Source: an uncultured Elusimicrobia bacterium
GTDB taxonomy: Bacteria > Elusimicrobiota > Elusimicrobia > 2-01-FULL-59-12
Assembly (NCBI GenBank): GCA_963702895.1
Contig: OY969767.1
Coordinates: forward strand, 2,048,001-2,112,000
DNA length: 64,000 bases
Reading direction: 5' to 3'
Shown: piece by piece, positions 25,001-31,634 of the stretch
Numbering within the stretch: position 1 is the first letter of the stretch
Layout: every line of letters starts with the position of its first letter
Made by a program: the position numbers and the translations under genes
The notes under the pieces: model-generated
Databases searched by the model: none
What the model was told of the DNA's origin: nothing
What the model saw: only the letters and a program-made list of their open reading frames with translations

Positions 25001-27310
25001 AGCCCCTGTCACCCAGAACTGAAACGCGCCGGTGGTGAGCGTGCCGCCGGAGGCAAGAATCCCGCCATTGACCGTCACCGAAGAAGCTAAGGTCCAGGCG
25101 GCGGTCCCTCCCATTTCGATATTCCCTAAGATCGGTGAGGTAAAGGTGGTGCAGGTCTTAGTACCGCTGCCAGTCATACGGAGGTTGTAATATTGAGCGT
25201 TCTTGCACGTTTGGTTGCCGCCCAGGGCATAGTTCACCGTGTTGGAACTGGCGGAGAAATTGACGGTGGTCACCGCCATGGCGTTGGTCGTGGCGCCGCT
25301 GGCGTTCAGGACAGAATCCAACCCTTGCGTCCAAGACCCGCCGCCGGTCAAGGTGCTCGAGGCGTTGACCGTGCCGTTGTTCGTCACAGACCCCGTCACC
25401 GTGAAGACGCCCGGGGTCGTGAGCGTCCCGTTGTTGGTGAGCGTGATGCCGGCTGCTACGGTGAGCGTCGTGATGCTCATGGTACCGCTGAGCGCTTGGT
25501 TGTTCGTGTTGAAGGTGGCCGTACCAGTGATGGCGACGCTTCCGGAAGTCCGGGTGAGGCCGCCCCGAAAGACGATCGCTGTGCTGGCGCCGCTCAATGT
25601 GCCGCCGCTCACCGTGACCAGTCCCGCGAAGAGTTTTGAGCCTGTGTCGCTGGTGAGCGATACCGTTCCCCCTGAGAGCGTCGAAGCCCCTGTCACCCAG
25701 AACTGAAACGCGCCGGTGGTGAGCGTGCCGCCGGAGGCAAGAATCCCGCCATTGACCGTCACCGAAGAAGCTAAGGTCCAGGCGGCGGTCCCTCCCATTT
25801 CGATATTCCCTAAGATCGGTGAGGTAAAGGTGGTGCAGGTCTTAGTACCGCTGCCAGTCATACGGAGGTTGTAATATTGAGCGTTCTTGCACGTTTGGTT
25901 GCCGCCCAGGGCATAGTTCACCGTGTTGGAACTGGCGGAGAAATTGACGGTGGTCACCGCCATGGCGTTGGTCGTGGCGCCGCTGGCGTTCAGGACAGAA
26001 TCCAACCCTTGCGTCCAAGACCCGCCGCCGGTCAAGGTGCTCGAGGCGTTGACCGTGCCGTTGTTCGTCACAGACCCCGTCACCGTGAAGACGCCCGGGG
26101 TCGTGAGCGTCCCGTTGTTGGTGAGCGTGATGCCGGCTGCTACGGTGAGCGTCGTGATGCTCATGGTACCGCTGAGCGCTTGGTTGTTCGTGTTGAAGGT
26201 CGCCGTGCCGGTGATCGACACGCTCCCCGAAGTCCGGGTGAGGCCGCCCCGAAAGACGATCGCTGTGCTGGCGCCGCTCAGCGTCCCTCCACTCACTGTA
26301 ACCAAGCCGACCATGACTTTCGACCCTGTGTCGCTGGTGAGCGATACCGTTCCCCCTGAGAGCGTCGAAGCCCCTGTCACCCAGAACTGAAACGCGCCGG
26401 TGGTGAGCGTGCCGCCGGAGGCAAGAATCCCGCCATTGACCGTCACCGAAGAAGCTAAGGTCCAGGCGGCGGTCCCTCCCATTTCGATATTCCCTAAGAT
26501 CGGTGAGGTAAAGGTGGTGCAGGTCTTAGTACCGCTGCCAGTCATACGGAGGTTGTAATACTGAGCGTTCTTGCACGTTTGGTTGCCGCCCAGGGCATAG
26601 TTCACCGTGTTGGAACTGGCGGAGAAATTGACGGTGGTCACCGCCATGGCGTTGGTCGTGGCGCCGCTGGCGTTCAAAATGGAATTGGCTCCTTGGTTCC
26701 ACGTGCCAGCTCCCGTCAGTGTCCCCAGGGTTGACGCGGTGCCGTTATTGGTCATAGTGCCGGTCACGGTCATGGTGCCGGCCACCGAGATCGTCCCGTT
26801 ATTCGTCACCGTCCCAGCCGATATCGTAAGCGCTCCCGCAAAAGAGAGGTTCGCCGTGCCCTGAATGGTTTTGTTGTTGGTTAAGGTGGTCAGGCCGGTG
26901 AGGGTGTTGGATCCAGTTCCGTCAATCGTCGTCCCGGCGCCCGTGAGCGTGAGGGCACCGCCACCGCTGTTGGTGCCGTTGTTGGTGTAATTGCCGGTGC
27001 CTGTCAGAGTGAATGTGTTATTGATGGTGAGTATCCCCCCATTGTTAATGGTGATCGCTGTAACAGCTTGAGCGGGGGTGGCGGTCACCGTGACGGTATG
27101 GCCATTGGCAACGGTCATACTGTCGGCCGTTCCGGGAAAATCAACTCCTTGCGTGCAGGCCGCCGCGCAGGCGCCGCCCCACGTCGTGCCGATATTGAAA
27201 TTCCCGGACTGCGATGAAGTGAAAGCGGCTGCCTGGGCGGGAGTCTGCATGAGAAAAAATGCAGCCGCACTAGCACCGCAAAGGAGCGCTAATCTTTGAA
27301 TCCGTAACAT
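16094..27310 (-). CDS. Giant (3738 aa) repetitive beta-helix-type adhesin with C-terminal pilin-like domain
   Basis: Signal peptide AQA|A, T/G/N/S/V-rich repeats, W-rich WWxxSNW motifs. The last ~144 aa align with the tandem subunits. Confidence 0.85.
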   Translation of the reverse strand: MLRIQRLALLCGASAAAFFLMQTPAQAAAFTSSQSGNFNIGTTWGGACAAACTQGVDFPGTADSMTVANGHTVTVTATPAQAVTAITINNGGILTINNTFTLTGTGNYTNNGTNSGGGALTLTGAGTTIDGTGSNTLTGLTTLTNNKTIQGTANLSFAGALTISAGTVTNNGTISVAGTMTVTGTMTNNGTASTLGTLTGAGTWNQGANSILNASGATTNAMAVTTVNFSASSNTVNYALGGNQTCKNAQYYNLRMTGSGTKTCTTFTSPILGNIEMGGTAAWTLASSVTVNGGILASGGTLTTGAFQFWVTGASTLSGGTVSLTSDTGSKVMVGLVTVSGGTLSGASTAIVFRGGLTRTSGSVSITGTATFNTNNQALSGTMSITTLTVAAGITLTNNGTLTTPGVFTVTGSVTNNGTVNASSTLTGGGSWTQGLDSVLNASGATTNAMAVTTVNFSASSNTVNYALGGNQTCKNAQYYNLRMTGSGTKTCTTFTSPILGNIEMGGTAAWTLASSVTVNGGILASGGTLTTGAFQFWVTGASTLSGGTVSLTSDTGSKLFAGLVTVSGGTLSGASTAIVFRGGLTRTSGSVAITGTATFNTNNQALSGTMSITTLTVAAGITLTNNGTLTTPGVFTVTGSVTNNGTVNASSTLTGGGSWTQGLDSVLNASGATTNAMAVTTVNFSASSNTVNYALGGNQTCKNAQYYNLRMTGSGTKTCTTFTSPILGNIEMGGTAAWTLASSVTVNGGILASGGTLTTGAFQFWVTGASTLSGGTVSLTSDTGSKLFAGLVTVSGGTLSGASTAIVFRGGLTRTSGSVSITGTATFNTNNQALSGTMSITTLTVAAGITLTNNGTLTTPGVFTVTGSVTNNGTVNTSSTLTGGGSWTQGLDSVLNASGATTNAMAVTTVNFSASSNTVNYALGGNQTCKNAQYYNLRMTGSGTKTCTTFTSPILGNIEMGGTAAWTLASSVTVNGGILASGGTLTTGAFQFWVTGASTLSGGTVSLTSDTGSKVMVGLVTVSGGTLSGASALIVFRGGLTRTSGSVAITGTATFNTNNQALSGTMSITTLTVAAGITLTNNGTLTTPGVFTVTGSVTNNGTVNASSTLTGGGSWTQGLDSVLNASGATTNAMAVTTVNFSASSNTVNYALGGNQTCKNAQYYNLRMTGSGTKTCTTFTSPIVGNLTLGGSMVWTLGSDIAIDGDFIISGGTMNTNANSYRVDLGGDMQLNSGAFTVNRSTVALTGSSAQTITNAGLPFWVLIDSNTSSGGVTFASSFTATKLMINRADLANETTVYFNANSTFTITTLSLAGASGKKIWLRSTVDDTNWYLNNTGTNSITYVDVRDSDARAGSIIQANDGGSQNSGNNYNWYFGSGGQTRTWWGTVDTNWWNPSNWESGVPSTDDYVLIVSTALVMPVPTSHLSMAGLTITGSLTTAGYNFTVYGPTSLSGTLTLTNATGNKTFNGTVTVGNGGILNTDTGTVVFNDAVTVNSGGVLRISNTTGSKTFNGTLTVDGDLNVTAAETVAINADLVMNGTTSGAADTTFLPAFAKVGGGTISGTAGATDFGSPTFTTAYTNTASLNLATLTITGTTLTNQGTITVNTALNGTGGFTNAAGGTLNLNFTGTPGITTLTANASGNTVRYNFAGIQTCRNIQYYNLAFGGSGVKTCTTFTSPILGNIEMGGTAAWTLGSSVTVNGGILASGGTLTTGAFQFWVTGASTLSGGTVSLTSDTGSKLFAGLVTVSGGTLSGASTGIVFRGGLTRTSGSIAITGTATFNTNNQALSGTMSITTLTVAAGMTLTNNGTLTTPGVFTVTGSVTNNGTVNASSTLTGGGSWTQGLDSVLNASGATTNAMAVTTVDFVSSSNTVNYALAGAQTCKNAQYYNLTFSGSGAKTCTTFTSPIVGNLTLGGSMVWTLGSDIAISGDFVISGGTMNTNANSYRVDLGGDMQLNSGAFTVNRSTVALTGSSAQTITNAGLPFWVLIDSNTSSGGVTFASSFTATKLMINRADLANETTVYFNANSTFTITTLSLVGASGKKIWLRSTIDDTNWYLNNTGTSSGVYVDVRDSDARSGRAIVANDGTSVNSGNNFFWSFLTGQIRTWWGAVDTNWWNWSNWDEGYPTSQDSVLIVSTATFMPVPTAAVTISSLTVRSGSTLTTAGFDFTANGSVDVYGTLTLTNATGNKTFNKTVTIGNGGILNTDTGTSIFVDVQVDAGGTLQIPSTTGSKTFNDTLTVDGDFNVTAAETVNINGNLVMNGTTSGAAATTFLPAFAKVGGGTISGTAGATDFGSPTFTTAYTNTASLNLATLTITGTTLTNQGTVTVNTALSGTGGFTNAAGGTLNLNFTGTPGITTLTANASGNTVRYNFAGVQTCRLTNYDTLELGNSGAKTCALVGGANNVQNITLSGTASWSLSAASTISGTLTVGNGTTVTKGNNAAVNFGAVDVSGTLSVTTTLGSVVFGTITVNNGGLVNFTAAEPTSVSGDLQVDGTGSITSNTGLWTFNKVGGGGSLSGTATSVAITNATFSTAYTNSVATLSVGGTLTINEDFVNDSAGVISAATINIAGTKTLTNNGSLTASGVVTVTGAVINNGTVNASSTLTGVGSWTQGLDSVLNASGATTNAMAVTTVDFVSSSNTVNYALAGAQTCKNAQYYNLTFSGSGAKTCTTFTSPIVGNLTLGGSMVWTLGSDIAISGDFVISGGTMNTNANSYRVDLGGDMQLNSGAFTVNRSTVALTGSSAQTITNAGLPFWVLIDSNTSSGGVTFASSFTATKLMINRADLANETTVYFNANSTFTITTLSLVGASGKKIWLRSTIDDTNWYLNNTGTSSGVYVDVRDSDARSGRAIVANDGTSVNSGNNFFWSFLTGQIRTWWGAVDTNWWNWSNWDEGYPTSQDSVLIVSTATFMPVPTAAVTISSLTVRSGSTLTTAGFDFTANGSVDVYGTLTLTNATGNKTFNKTVTIGNGGILNTDTGTSIFVDVQVDAGGTLQIPSTTGSKTFNDTLTVDGDFNVTAAETVNINGNLVMNGTTSGAAATTFLPAFAKVGGGTISGTAGATDFGSPTFTTAYTNTASLNLATLTITGTTLTNQGTITVNTALNGTGGFTNAAGGTLNLNFTGTPGITTLTANASGNTVRYNFAGIQTCRNIQYYNLAFGGSGVKTCTTFTSPILGNIEMGGTAAWTLGSSVTVNGGILASGGTLTTGAFQFWVTGASTLSGGTVSLTSDTGSKLFAGLVTVSGGTLSGASTGIVFRGGLTRTSGSIAITGTATFNTNNQALSGTMSITTLTVAAGMTLTNNGTLTTPGVFTVTGSVTNNGTVNASSTLTGGGSWTQGLDSVLNASGATTNAMAVTTVDFVSSSNTVNYALAGAQTCKNAQYYNLTFSGSGAKTCTTFTSPIVGNLTLGGSMVWTLGSDIAIDGDFIISGGTMNTNANSYRVDLGGDMQLNSGAFTVNRSTVALTGSSAQTITNAGLPFWVLIDSNTSSGGVTFASSFTATKLTVDGAGLASATTVYFNAHSTFTIANLVLRGSSGNTVWIRPTPPDQMWYLNNTSTNTVSYVDVAYSSASAGVVIAAGPDSIDSENNTNWTFVILSLSLSPSSYDFGSVPVASTVVSGSAIAVTNTGNVAETFSLSITTSGPTTVWGVGTALPTSRNTFAMFGKFNSVQPLSDIFSSTDIIISTPTASTPGIYGANQTGVSVPVSASRNLWLRLDTPPTTSTTNQQQMILTVTATAP
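23770..26680. repeat. Intragenic tandem repeat, 684-bp (228-aa) unit, >4 copies
   Basis: Shadow ORFs recur at 23871, 24555, 25239, 25923 and 26607. Boundaries approximate. Confidence 0.92.
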
Positions 27311-27316
27311 CGATCA

Positions 27317-27345
27317 AGCCTAGGGGGAATTGATCGATATTTCAA
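27317..27345 (-). promoter_or_regulatory. Putative promoter TTGAAA-N17-TAGGCT; likely leaderless adhesin mRNA
   Basis: The -10 box ends 6 nt before the ATG at 27310. No SD. AT-rich upstream. Confidence 0.6.
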
Positions 27346-27398
27346 TCACTTTTTAAGTTTTTTGAGATGTGGGACGCGATGAATTTCAGTGGCTGATT

Positions 27399-28751
27399 TT
27401 ATGAAGCGATGCCGCCGACTACGACACCCTTGGGAATGCGCAGCGTAGGGAGTCCATCGGACACGGGGGCGCCCTGGCCATCTTTGCCGCAGGTTCCTAC
27501 AGACCAGCCCATATCGGAACCCACGAGATCAATGGCTTTGAGCACATCCGGGCCGTTGCCGAGGAGATTGGCGGATCGGATGAGCGGACCCGCCTTCCCG
27601 TCTTTGATCAAAAATCCTTCTTCCACTTCAAAAACAAAATCGCCGGTCGCGGGCTCCACCTGCCCGCCGCCCATCTTGGTCACGAGAAGCCCATTCTCGA
27701 CGGAGCGTAAGATCATGGCGGGATCATCTGGCCCTGAGGCGACAAAGGTATTGGCCATGCGCGGAATGGGCCGATGACGGTACGACTCGCGCCTTCCGTG
27801 ACCGTTGGAAGCAACGCCGTCCTTTTTTGATGTTTGCCTGTCGTAAATGTAGGTCTTAAGCACCCCGTGATCGACGAGAACAGAGCGTTGCGAGGGAGTT
27901 CCTTCGTCATCAAAAGCGTAAAAGCCGCGCTGGCCAGGCATCGTGGGATCTTCGAGGACGCTCACCTTTTCGTTTCCGATCACCTTTCCGACGGCGCCCC
28001 TATACATCGGCGACACACCTTTTTGCACAGCATCGGCCTCAAGGGGATGGCCAATCGCTTCATGAATGAGGGTCCCCCCCGCTTCGGCCGCGATGATGAT
28101 CGGCATCTCACCCAAGGGCGCGTCGGGTGCGGTTAAACGATCGACCGCCCGCTGTGCCACTTTTTGGGAGAGTCGGGCAACATCCACGCGACTCAAGAAC
28201 TCAAAACCTGACGAGCCGCTCACCGCGTCATAGGCGGTTTGGAGGAGGCCGTCCTTTTCGGCAACGACCGAAATGGAGAAGGTGAGAACAGCCCGCCATT
28301 CTTCCGTCGATGATCCTTCTGAAGTCCAAATCCGGACGTGTTTGTCAGTCTCCCCGTAAGAAATGGAAATCTGGCGGACCCGGGGGAGCTTGGCCGCCTG
28401 GTAGCACTGCTGCAACAACTTTACTTTTTCGTCAACCGCAACCTGGGAGGCCTCGCGGAGGACTTGGGGTTGATAGGACCTGGGGGCCATGAGGAATTTG
28501 CTCCTGAGAAGCTCTTTCGCCCATCGGTCAAGATCCTCGGAGGAGGGGTGGTCGACGCTGGCGTAACGACATTCTTCACCCTGGAGAGCGCGAAGTCCCG
28601 CCCCACATTCTTGGTTCTGGGTCAGGCGCTCGATCTTGCCTTCTTCCCAACGAAGCGTGAAGGATCGCGCGTCTTCCCAGTAGAGGTCGGCGTAATCGCC
28701 AAATCGCAGTATGGACGAAAGGTCTGATGGCATCTGACGGATGGCAGTCAT
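27399..28751 (-). CDS. tldD: TldD/PmbA family metalloprotease (TldD)
   Basis: HEAIGHPLEAD, GHGRRESY...PRMANT, GTCGKDGQ. Start moved to the ATG at 28751 because the longer ORF runs through a REP element. Confidence 0.92.
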   Translation of the reverse strand: MTAIRQMPSDLSSILRFGDYADLYWEDARSFTLRWEEGKIERLTQNQECGAGLRALQGEECRYASVDHPSSEDLDRWAKELLRSKFLMAPRSYQPQVLREASQVAVDEKVKLLQQCYQAAKLPRVRQISISYGETDKHVRIWTSEGSSTEEWRAVLTFSISVVAEKDGLLQTAYDAVSGSSGFEFLSRVDVARLSQKVAQRAVDRLTAPDAPLGEMPIIIAAEAGGTLIHEAIGHPLEADAVQKGVSPMYRGAVGKVIGNEKVSVLEDPTMPGQRGFYAFDDEGTPSQRSVLVDHGVLKTYIYDRQTSKKDGVASNGHGRRESYRHRPIPRMANTFVASGPDDPAMILRSVENGLLVTKMGGGQVEPATGDFVFEVEEGFLIKDGKAGPLIRSANLLGNGPDVLKAIDLVGSDMGWSVGTCGKDGQGAPVSDGLPTLRIPKGVVVGGIAS

Positions 28752-28804
28752 AGAACGGGCATGATTGTAACTTATCAGAGAGAATCGCCTGCGGGCATCA
28801 AGCG

Positions 28805-28916
28805 CCCTCACCCTCGGCGCTCGCTGCGCTCGGCCTCTCCCTCTCCCGCGTGCACGCGGGAGAGGTCGCCAAGACTGCCGGCGACTCGCCGGACGTCTGG
28901 CGAGGTGGGGTGAGGG
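28805..28916. repeat. REP-like palindromic element (CCCTCACCC...GGGGTGAGGG family)
   Basis: Terminal inverted repeat plus internal ctctcccgcgtgcacgcgggagag hairpin. Confidence 0.7.
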
Positions 28917-29000
28917 CACCCCCGTTTAGCTGAGATTTCTACGACCCGTTGCCAGGCTTGTTGTTCTTGAGAATAGAGATGGAAACGCCGGTTTCTGAGA

Positions 29001-30548
29001 TTACGGCAGAGGCAGACTGACGACGAAGGTGCTCCCTTGTCCGAGCTCGGACTCCACGCGGACGCGCCCGCCATGTTCTTCGACAACGCGCTTCACGAGG
29101 GCGAGCCCCAGGCCCATTCCCTGGACCTGGCCGGTGAAGCTGCCTTCGATCTGATAAAACTTATTAAAGATCTTTTCCCATTCCTCGTGCGGGATGCCGG
29201 GGCCATTATCCTTGAAAAGAATCTCCAGCGTACGCTCTTTCACTCGGGCGGAAAGCGCGAGCTGCCTTGGCGTCCGTGGATTAAACTTGACGGCGTTCTC
29301 AATCAGGTTTCGGAAGACTTCTTTCATCCAGATCTTATCAAGGCTCAGCACAGGCGCGCTGTTGAGGCTCTCGTCGCGCACAATGTCCGCCTCGGTGGTG
29401 CGCAAATAGGAAGCCAGATCGGAGAGCGCCATATCAAAGAGCGAAAGGATCGAATAGGGTTTTACGGTGAGCTCCATCTTTTCACCTTCCAGTGCCGCAA
29501 ACCACACAATCTTTTCGACGAGGTTCGCGAGCTGCTGGCTGTTCCGGTCGATCGTCTCCAGTGCCGTCTTCTGGAAGGACGTGAGCTCTTCAGGCTTTTC
29601 CAGAAGCATGGGCGTAAAACCGCGAATCGCGACGAGCGGAGTCTTCAGTTTGTGCGACACAAGAGCTAAAAAGTTTTTCTTCAGCTGCGCTTCGCGACGC
29701 TCTTCGGTCACGTTGGAAAACACCACGAGATAGCCGCTGACCTTGCCTCGGTCATTGCAGACCTGATTGATGACCCCTGCCAGGATGAGAGGTGGTTCGC
29801 CTTGACGGAGAAGCTCCACACCGCAGGCTCCTCCGAGGGTCGGCACTTCCGACCAAGGAGGTTTGACCTCAAAGGAAGATTCGATGTCCTTCCAGGTCAT
29901 GCCCTCGAGCCTTTCCCTGCCCAAGAGGTGATGAGCGGCAGGATTTCCGAGGACCACTTTTCCGCATGGCTCCAGCAACAAGGCCCCTTCGGCCATCTCC
30001 CCCAGGATGGTCGACATCTTCTCTCGTTCCTGGCGGATGGATTCGAAAAGCCTGGCATTTTCGATGGCAATCGCGGCCTGGGCGGCAAACGTCTCGAGCA
30101 TCTGAACATCGTGTTCGATAAACGGTGAGCCATCTGCCCGATTGATGGCTTCCATCACGCCAATGAGCTTGTCTTTCATGAGCATGGGAACAGCCAGAAT
30201 CGCTTTGGTTTGAAATTGGGTTTGCTTGTCGGCTTTTTGCGTCCAGCGAGGGTCATGGGCCACATCATTGACCACGGCAGGCTTCTTGTTTTCCGCGACC
30301 CAACCAGCGATCCCCTCCCCTTTCTTGAGCCGGACCTGCTGAAGGGCCTCGCCCTTTTCACCCAGCGCCACATCGAAATAGAGTTCGCCGGTGGCGTGGT
30401 CCATCAGAAGAAGGGACCCCGCCTCGGCCCGGACGACTTCACTGGCGAGTTTCACAACGGTGGCTAAGAGCTCGGATAATCGGAGGGTCGACGCGATCGC
30501 GCGTGTCGCTTCAAAGATTCTGACGAGATCCTGTTCCGCAAGCAGCAT
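29001..30548 (-). CDS. Cytoplasmic GAF-PAS sensor histidine kinase
   Basis: GAF (GEGIAGWVA...ILAVPM...EAIN), H-box SHKLKTPL, N-box NLIENAVKF, DNGPGI, GMGLGL. Confidence 0.92.
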   Translation of the reverse strand: MLLAEQDLVRIFEATRAIASTLRLSELLATVVKLASEVVRAEAGSLLLMDHATGELYFDVALGEKGEALQQVRLKKGEGIAGWVAENKKPAVVNDVAHDPRWTQKADKQTQFQTKAILAVPMLMKDKLIGVMEAINRADGSPFIEHDVQMLETFAAQAAIAIENARLFESIRQEREKMSTILGEMAEGALLLEPCGKVVLGNPAAHHLLGRERLEGMTWKDIESSFEVKPPWSEVPTLGGACGVELLRQGEPPLILAGVINQVCNDRGKVSGYLVVFSNVTEERREAQLKKNFLALVSHKLKTPLVAIRGFTPMLLEKPEELTSFQKTALETIDRNSQQLANLVEKIVWFAALEGEKMELTVKPYSILSLFDMALSDLASYLRTTEADIVRDESLNSAPVLSLDKIWMKEVFRNLIENAVKFNPRTPRQLALSARVKERTLEILFKDNGPGIPHEEWEKIFNKFYQIEGSFTGQVQGMGLGLALVKRVVEEHGGRVRVESELGQGSTFVVSLPLP

Positions 30549-30584
30549 AGACTGTTTGGAGTTTAGAAGGATCGAGCTGAATTT

Positions 30585-31634
30585 TCAATAGGAATTTTGC
30601 TGCTGTGTCCTAGGGCGCCGGCGGGGTGGTCGGGGTTTGTGTGCCGGATGACGAGAAGGCGGCACGACAAACTTTTTTCGGAGGTCTTTGCGGACCGTCG
30701 GGGTAAAGGCTGTCCATGTCCGTTGGATGGCCTGATGACGCTCTCGAAGTCGCCCGCGCTTGCCCGCATAGACGCGCATCGGCCCTGAGGGCTCTTTGAG
30801 CCGGCGCAGGGGTTTTCCACGCGCCGCAAGCACTTCCTCGCCGGAATTCACCCGCATCGCTTGGCCAGGTCCTTGCGCACTTTCGGCGGGTTGCATTTCA
30901 ACCGTCCCTTCAAAAACTCCCAAGCGCGAGCCTTCCGAGCGAGAAAAGGTTAACGCAAATGCCGTCCCGCGGACGGCCACCACCGCCACCGGCGTGTTGA
31001 GCTCCCAGCGTTGAGCTCTGCCCACAGCGCGCGCGGAATCCACAATACCCAGAAGTGTCCCGGAAGTGAGATGAAATCGGCCGGCACTCATCTCCAGGTG
31101 GTCTATGACCAGTTCTGTTTCTGGTTCGAGCATCCAAAGCGCGGTCTCTCCTGCCACCAGCTCCACACGCCCATCCTCGCCAGTGCGGAGTTGGTCCCCC
31201 GGCTCAAGCGGCAGCCCGTCATGAGGCACAATCCATTCCGCAGCGCCCTGCGTGAGCAACCCGACATCGCCGGAGAGCGCGCCAAGGCGGGCCTGGTTAT
31301 CGGACAAATCCTCTGCATCAAGTGGACCCATGAGCGATCCCATCATGAAAATGAGCACCAGACCGAAGTTCCTTCTCCCGACCGGAGTGTCGGGAGACCC
31401 GCGCTTCCACAATTTTCCTATAGCGCGTCCCGTCCACCCTGCGGGTGAAGGGACAGTCCCTACAGTCGCCTCAGGCGACCTGTCGGGACGCAGGTCCCAC
31501 GGTCGTAAGTGGGAAGGTTGGGATGAGGGCACGTCAGACTTGCCCTCACCCGTGGCCCTGTGGGCCACGCCCTCTCCCGTCTTACGCCGGGAGAAGGGAC
31601 TGGACCACTTCCGATCAGCGTTTCTTCTTGGCAT
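30585..31634 (-). CDS. FecR-domain protein (true start probably ~31350-31415)
   Basis: PLEPGDQLRTGEDGRVEL...TPVAVVAVRGTAF...GVFEGTV. The N-terminal ~70 codons overlap a REP element and are probably not coding. Confidence 0.75.
   Translation of the reverse strand: MPRRNADRKWSSPFSRRKTGEGVAHRATGEGKSDVPSSQPSHLRPWDLRPDRSPEATVGTVPSPAGWTGRAIGKLWKRGSPDTPVGRRNFGLVLIFMMGSLMGPLDAEDLSDNQARLGALSGDVGLLTQGAAEWIVPHDGLPLEPGDQLRTGEDGRVELVAGETALWMLEPETELVIDHLEMSAGRFHLTSGTLLGIVDSARAVGRAQRWELNTPVAVVAVRGTAFALTFSRSEGSRLGVFEGTVEMQPAESAQGPGQAMRVNSGEEVLAARGKPLRRLKEPSGPMRVYAGKRGRLRERHQAIQRTWTAFTPTVRKDLRKKFVVPPSRHPAHKPRPPRRRPRTQQQNSY
31511..31600. repeat. REP-like palindromic element
   Basis: gggatgagggc...gccctcaccc and ctctcccgtcttacgccgggaga (reverse complement of the hairpin at ~1555). 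Confidence 0.7.

Noticed and set aside
16094..27310. Autotransporter or two-partner secretion (FHA) substrate
   Set aside because: There is no C-terminal beta-barrel and no recognisable TPS domain or TpsB neighbour. The C-terminus matches the small subunits instead.
28752..28919. N-terminal extensions of tldD (also FecR, livG, livH, pssA, deacetylase) in the ORF track
   Set aside because: The extensions run through REP elements or neighbouring genes; family homology starts at downstream start codons.
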